A DNA stretch of 64,000 nt from Actinocatenispora sp. (GTDB lineage Bacteria > Actinomycetota > Actinomycetes > Mycobacteriales > Micromonosporaceae): the NCBI GenBank assembly GCA_036503555.1, contig DASXWQ010000019.1:2302-66301 (forward strand), written 5' to 3'. The notes below the pieces were generated by a model. The model was not told where the DNA came from and searched no databases. It was given only the letters and a program-made list of their open reading frames with translations. The translations under genes and the position numbers were made by a program. This document shows, piece by piece, positions 59,829-64,000 of the stretch. Positions within the stretch are counted from its first letter, which is position 1. Each line of letters begins with the position of its first letter.

Positions 59829-60587
59829 ATGTCGGTCTACGTCTACGGCGCCCTCATCATCGGCGGGGCGAGCCTGGCCGCCGCGCTGGTCCTGCTGATC
59901 GTCTTCCGGGTCGGCCAGAACGAGCGCCGTGAGGCCAACAACGACGTCAACGGCCTGGTCTTCGCGATCGTCGGCGTGCTGTACGCGATCGTCGTCGGCT
60001 TCGTGGTGACCGCACAGTGGGAGGCGGTCGGCAACGCGCGGTCCGCCGCCGCCCAGGAGGCCAACGGCCTGGTCCGGCTGTACTGGGCGGCCGACGCGCT
60101 GCCCGCCGACCGGCGCACCGAGGTACGCGCGCTCGCCCGGCGGTACGGCGCCGTCGTGCGCGACGAGGAGTGGCCGGCGATGGCCGCGGCCCGGCCGGTC
60201 GGGCCCGACGGGCAGCGGCTGCTGAACCAGCTCGCCGGCGCGGCCCAGCCGCCGGCCGAGCTCGGCGACACGCAGGCGGGAGACCTGTCGGCCGGACTCG
60301 GCGACGTACTGGAGGGGCGGCAGGAGCGGCTGACGCTGGCGACCCAGGACCTGTCCGGGATGATGTGGTTCGTCCTGATCGCCGGGGGCGTGCTGACGAT
60401 CGCGCTGGCGTACCTGTTCGGGGTGCCGAACCGGGCCGCGCACATGGTCATGGTGGTGTCCCTGGTCGGCACCGTCGCCCTGCTGCTGTACGCCAGCTAC
60501 CAGCTCCAGTACCCGTTCGGCCCGGCGACCCACCTGCGCCCGACGGACATGACGGCCGCGCTCCGGCTGCTCGGCGGCAGTCCTTGA
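59829..60587 (+). CDS. DUF4239 (bestrophin-like) membrane protein
   Basis: NNDV, VGVLYAIVVGFVV, EEWPAM, LQYPFG. Confidence 0.85.
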   Translation: MSVYVYGALIIGGASLAAALVLLIVFRVGQNERREANNDVNGLVFAIVGVLYAIVVGFVVTAQWEAVGNARSAAAQEANGLVRLYWAADALPADRRTEVRALARRYGAVVRDEEWPAMAAARPVGPDGQRLLNQLAGAAQPPAELGDTQAGDLSAGLGDVLEGRQERLTLATQDLSGMMWFVLIAGGVLTIALAYLFGVPNRAAHMVMVVSLVGTVALLLYASYQLQYPFGPATHLRPTDMTAALRLLGGSP

Positions 60588-60683
60588 GTCCTCGAACATT
60601 GATGACTATCTGTATCGAGCAAACTACTATTCGTGACTGTCGGGGAGTGCGGGCTCCCCGGCTCCTTCGACAGAGGAGGTCAC

Positions 60684-60989
60684 ATGCGACGCATCGTCGC
60701 GATCGCCGCCACGGCCGCCGCCGCGGCGGCACTCACGATCGGCGTCAGCGCGCCGGCGTCCGCCGCGCAGGGCCGGGTCACCGTGTTCGGCACCGAGCTG
60801 ACGCCGCTCACCACGTACGACAACCCGGCCGGCTGCTACAAGCTGCCGTTCGACGCGCACGTGCTGACCAACCAGACCGACAGCCCGGTCCACGTGTACG
60901 CCGACCCGTTCTGCGCGACGCCGTCGTTGACCGTGAACCCCGGGTACGGGTCGCACGTGGCGCCCGGATCCGGAAGCTTCTCGGCGTGA
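60684..60989 (+). CDS. Small secreted two-cysteine protein
   Basis: RBS GAGGAGG; signal peptide ending ASA; GCY, NQTD, DPFC. Confidence 0.85.
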   Translation: MRRIVAIAATAAAAAALTIGVSAPASAAQGRVTVFGTELTPLTTYDNPAGCYKLPFDAHVLTNQTDSPVHVYADPFCATPSLTVNPGYGSHVAPGSGSFSA

Positions 60990-60995
60990 CCTCCC

Positions 60996-61028
60996 GCCGC
61001 GGGCGGCCCCCGGCGGGCCGCCCGCGGC
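60996..61028 (+). terminator. Hairpin after the secreted protein gene
   Basis: Perfect 14-bp stem GCCGCGGGCGGCCC/GGGCCGCCCGCGGC. Confidence 0.65.
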
Positions 61029-61056
61029 ACCACCCCACATCGAGGAGAGGTACCAC

Positions 61057-62313
<1,257 letters not shown>

Positions 62314-62375
62314 CCGCCCCGGCCCCGAGCCGGAACACACGGATCCGTTGCGGTGCAGTCGTTTCCGGGTACGGG

Positions 62376-63959
62376 TCAGGTCCAGCGGCCGGTGCCGTGG
62401 CCGCGGGTGGCGGCGCGGAGGCGTTCGCGGAGGGTGGCGCGGCGTACCTTGCCGGTGGCGGTGCGGGGCAACTCGTCCCAGGTGAGGACGACCGGCTCGG
62501 CGAGCGGCGGCAGATCGGTCGTCGCGGCGAGCCAGGCCGTCCGGTCGAGCCGGCCGTCGCCGGTCACCAGCACCGGCAGCGCCGGCCCGCGCGGCATGGC
62601 GAGCACGGTCGCCTCGACCACGCCGGCGAGGCGGTCCTCCAGCACGTCCTCGACCTCCAGGCAGCTCACGCCGGGTACCCGGTCGACCTCGCGGTCGAGC
62701 AGCCGCAGCGTGCCGCCCGACAGCACGCCCACGTCGCCGGTGTTCCACCAGGGGCCGTCGACCTTGTCGTCCCAGCGGTCCTGCTCGGCCACGTAGCCCA
62801 GGCAGCGCGCCTCGGTACGCGCCAGCACGAGGCCGGGCCGCCCGTCGGGTACCGGCGCGAACGTGTGCTCGTCGACGATCCGCAGCCGGGTCCGGCCGGG
62901 TACGGGGCGGCCGAGGTCGCGGGTGGTGGGGTGGCGCCGACCGCGCGCCGTGAGCGAACGCCGCGTCAGGAACCGGAACGTCAGCGGCCCGGTCTCGGTC
63001 TGCCCCCAGCCCTGCATCCAGATCGGCATCCGCCGCCGGCTCGCGGCGAGGTAGCTCCGGACGGTCGGCGGGTGCGTCGCGTCGAACGTGCTGACGTACA
63101 GCCGGACGTCGCGGAACGGGCCGTCGGCGCCGGCGGTCAGCGGGGTCCAGCGGACGTACGTGGCGGGGTCGGTCTCCAGCACGGTCGGCGGGCAGGCGCG
63201 CAGGACCGGGCCGGCGACCGCCGGATCCCGGTCGGCGACGAGCAGCATCCGGCGCGGCCCCAGCCAGCAGGTACTCACCGACCACGGAACGGCCCGGCCG
63301 TGGTTGAACGCGATCGCCGAGGCGACCGTGTCGGTACGCCGGGCGGCCAGCACCGGCCAGCGCACCGCCTCGAACCCGGCGAGCCGGCGGATGATCGTCC
63401 GGGTCGAGTGCACCACGAGCTTCGGGCAGCCGGTGGTGCCGGACGTGTGGTGCACGATCAGCGGCTCGTCGTCGCGCCGCCGGTACGGCGGGGGCGGCCG
63501 GTGCCCGCGCAGCTCGTCCATCGACACCGTGCCGGCCGGCGCCCCGGACAGCGCGACGGTACGCCGGGCCAGCCCGGTGACGTCCACAGTGGACAGTACG
63601 GCGGCGTCGGTCACCAGCACGGCCGGATCGAGCCGCTTCAGCAGGACCGGCAGCACGTCGGCGGGCAGCGCGGCGGACAGCAGCGCCGGCACCGCGCCGA
63701 TCCGGGCCGCCGCGCACGCCAGCAGGACGTGGTCCCAGTGGTTGGCCTTGACGATCGCGACGGTCTCGCCGGGGCCGGCGCCCGCGGCGCGCAGCGCGCC
63801 CGCCGTGTCGCGTACCAGTTCGGCGAGGCCCGGCATCCGCCAGTCCACCCCGCCGTCCGGGGCCAGGTCGAACGGCCGGCTCAGCCGTACCTCCGTCGGT
63901 ACGCCCCGGTCGGCGGCGACGTCGAACAGCGTGCCCAGATCCAGCGGCTTCGGTGTCAT
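62376..63959 (-). CDS. Class I adenylate-forming enzyme (acyl-CoA/ACP ligase-like)
   Basis: HTSGTTGCPK, GWGQTE, WNTGD, PRTATGKVRR. Confidence 0.9.
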   Translation of the reverse strand: MTPKPLDLGTLFDVAADRGVPTEVRLSRPFDLAPDGGVDWRMPGLAELVRDTAGALRAAGAGPGETVAIVKANHWDHVLLACAAARIGAVPALLSAALPADVLPVLLKRLDPAVLVTDAAVLSTVDVTGLARRTVALSGAPAGTVSMDELRGHRPPPPYRRRDDEPLIVHHTSGTTGCPKLVVHSTRTIIRRLAGFEAVRWPVLAARRTDTVASAIAFNHGRAVPWSVSTCWLGPRRMLLVADRDPAVAGPVLRACPPTVLETDPATYVRWTPLTAGADGPFRDVRLYVSTFDATHPPTVRSYLAASRRRMPIWMQGWGQTETGPLTFRFLTRRSLTARGRRHPTTRDLGRPVPGRTRLRIVDEHTFAPVPDGRPGLVLARTEARCLGYVAEQDRWDDKVDGPWWNTGDVGVLSGGTLRLLDREVDRVPGVSCLEVEDVLEDRLAGVVEATVLAMPRGPALPVLVTGDGRLDRTAWLAATTDLPPLAEPVVLTWDELPRTATGKVRRATLRERLRAATRGHGTGRWT

Positions 63960-64000
63960 CGGCGCACCCTTCCCGTCACGGTCACCATCACCTGGGACAG
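63956..64000 (-). CDS. 3' end of an upstream coupled gene (truncated)
   Basis: Frame LSQVMVTVTGRVRR* ends in a TGA that overlaps the ligase ATG. Confidence 0.4.
   Translation of the reverse strand: MSQVMVTVTGRVRR

Overview
Very GC-rich actinobacterial DNA. Codon usage and abundant CGTAC/GTAC words suggest Micromonosporaceae, by inference. About 45 genes. I saw no rRNA, tRNA, CRISPR array, transposase or integrase. The main feature is a minus-strand, translationally coupled hybrid NRPS/PKS operon at about 1212-22457: MFS exporter, MbtH, A-T-C-T, MupA-type luciferase-like monooxygenase, C-A-T-E, C-A(Val)-T-TE, C-A-T, AT-less KS-ACP and an OxyD/NovI-type P450. Its protein termini suggest a non-colinear assembly line for X-X-(alpha-keto or alpha-hydroxy beta-amino acid)-D-X-Val, which resembles the poststatin scaffold. 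Other signals: a GGDEF/EAL + AONS/CqsA-fold enzyme + NNMT-like methyltransferase cassette (a candidate signal synthase plus c-di-GMP receptor); an HNH nuclease behind a WblC-like promoter, uORF and terminator; a MIRU-like translational-coupling repeat in two operons; an intragenic palindrome GTCCACAGTGGAC repeated in unrelated genes; and a SigC/zf-HC2 pair with a recognisable SigC promoter. The remainder is regulator/transporter pairs, hexuronate catabolism genes, envelope proteins and an MFS pseudogene. All family calls come from motif recognition by eye; no database search was run.
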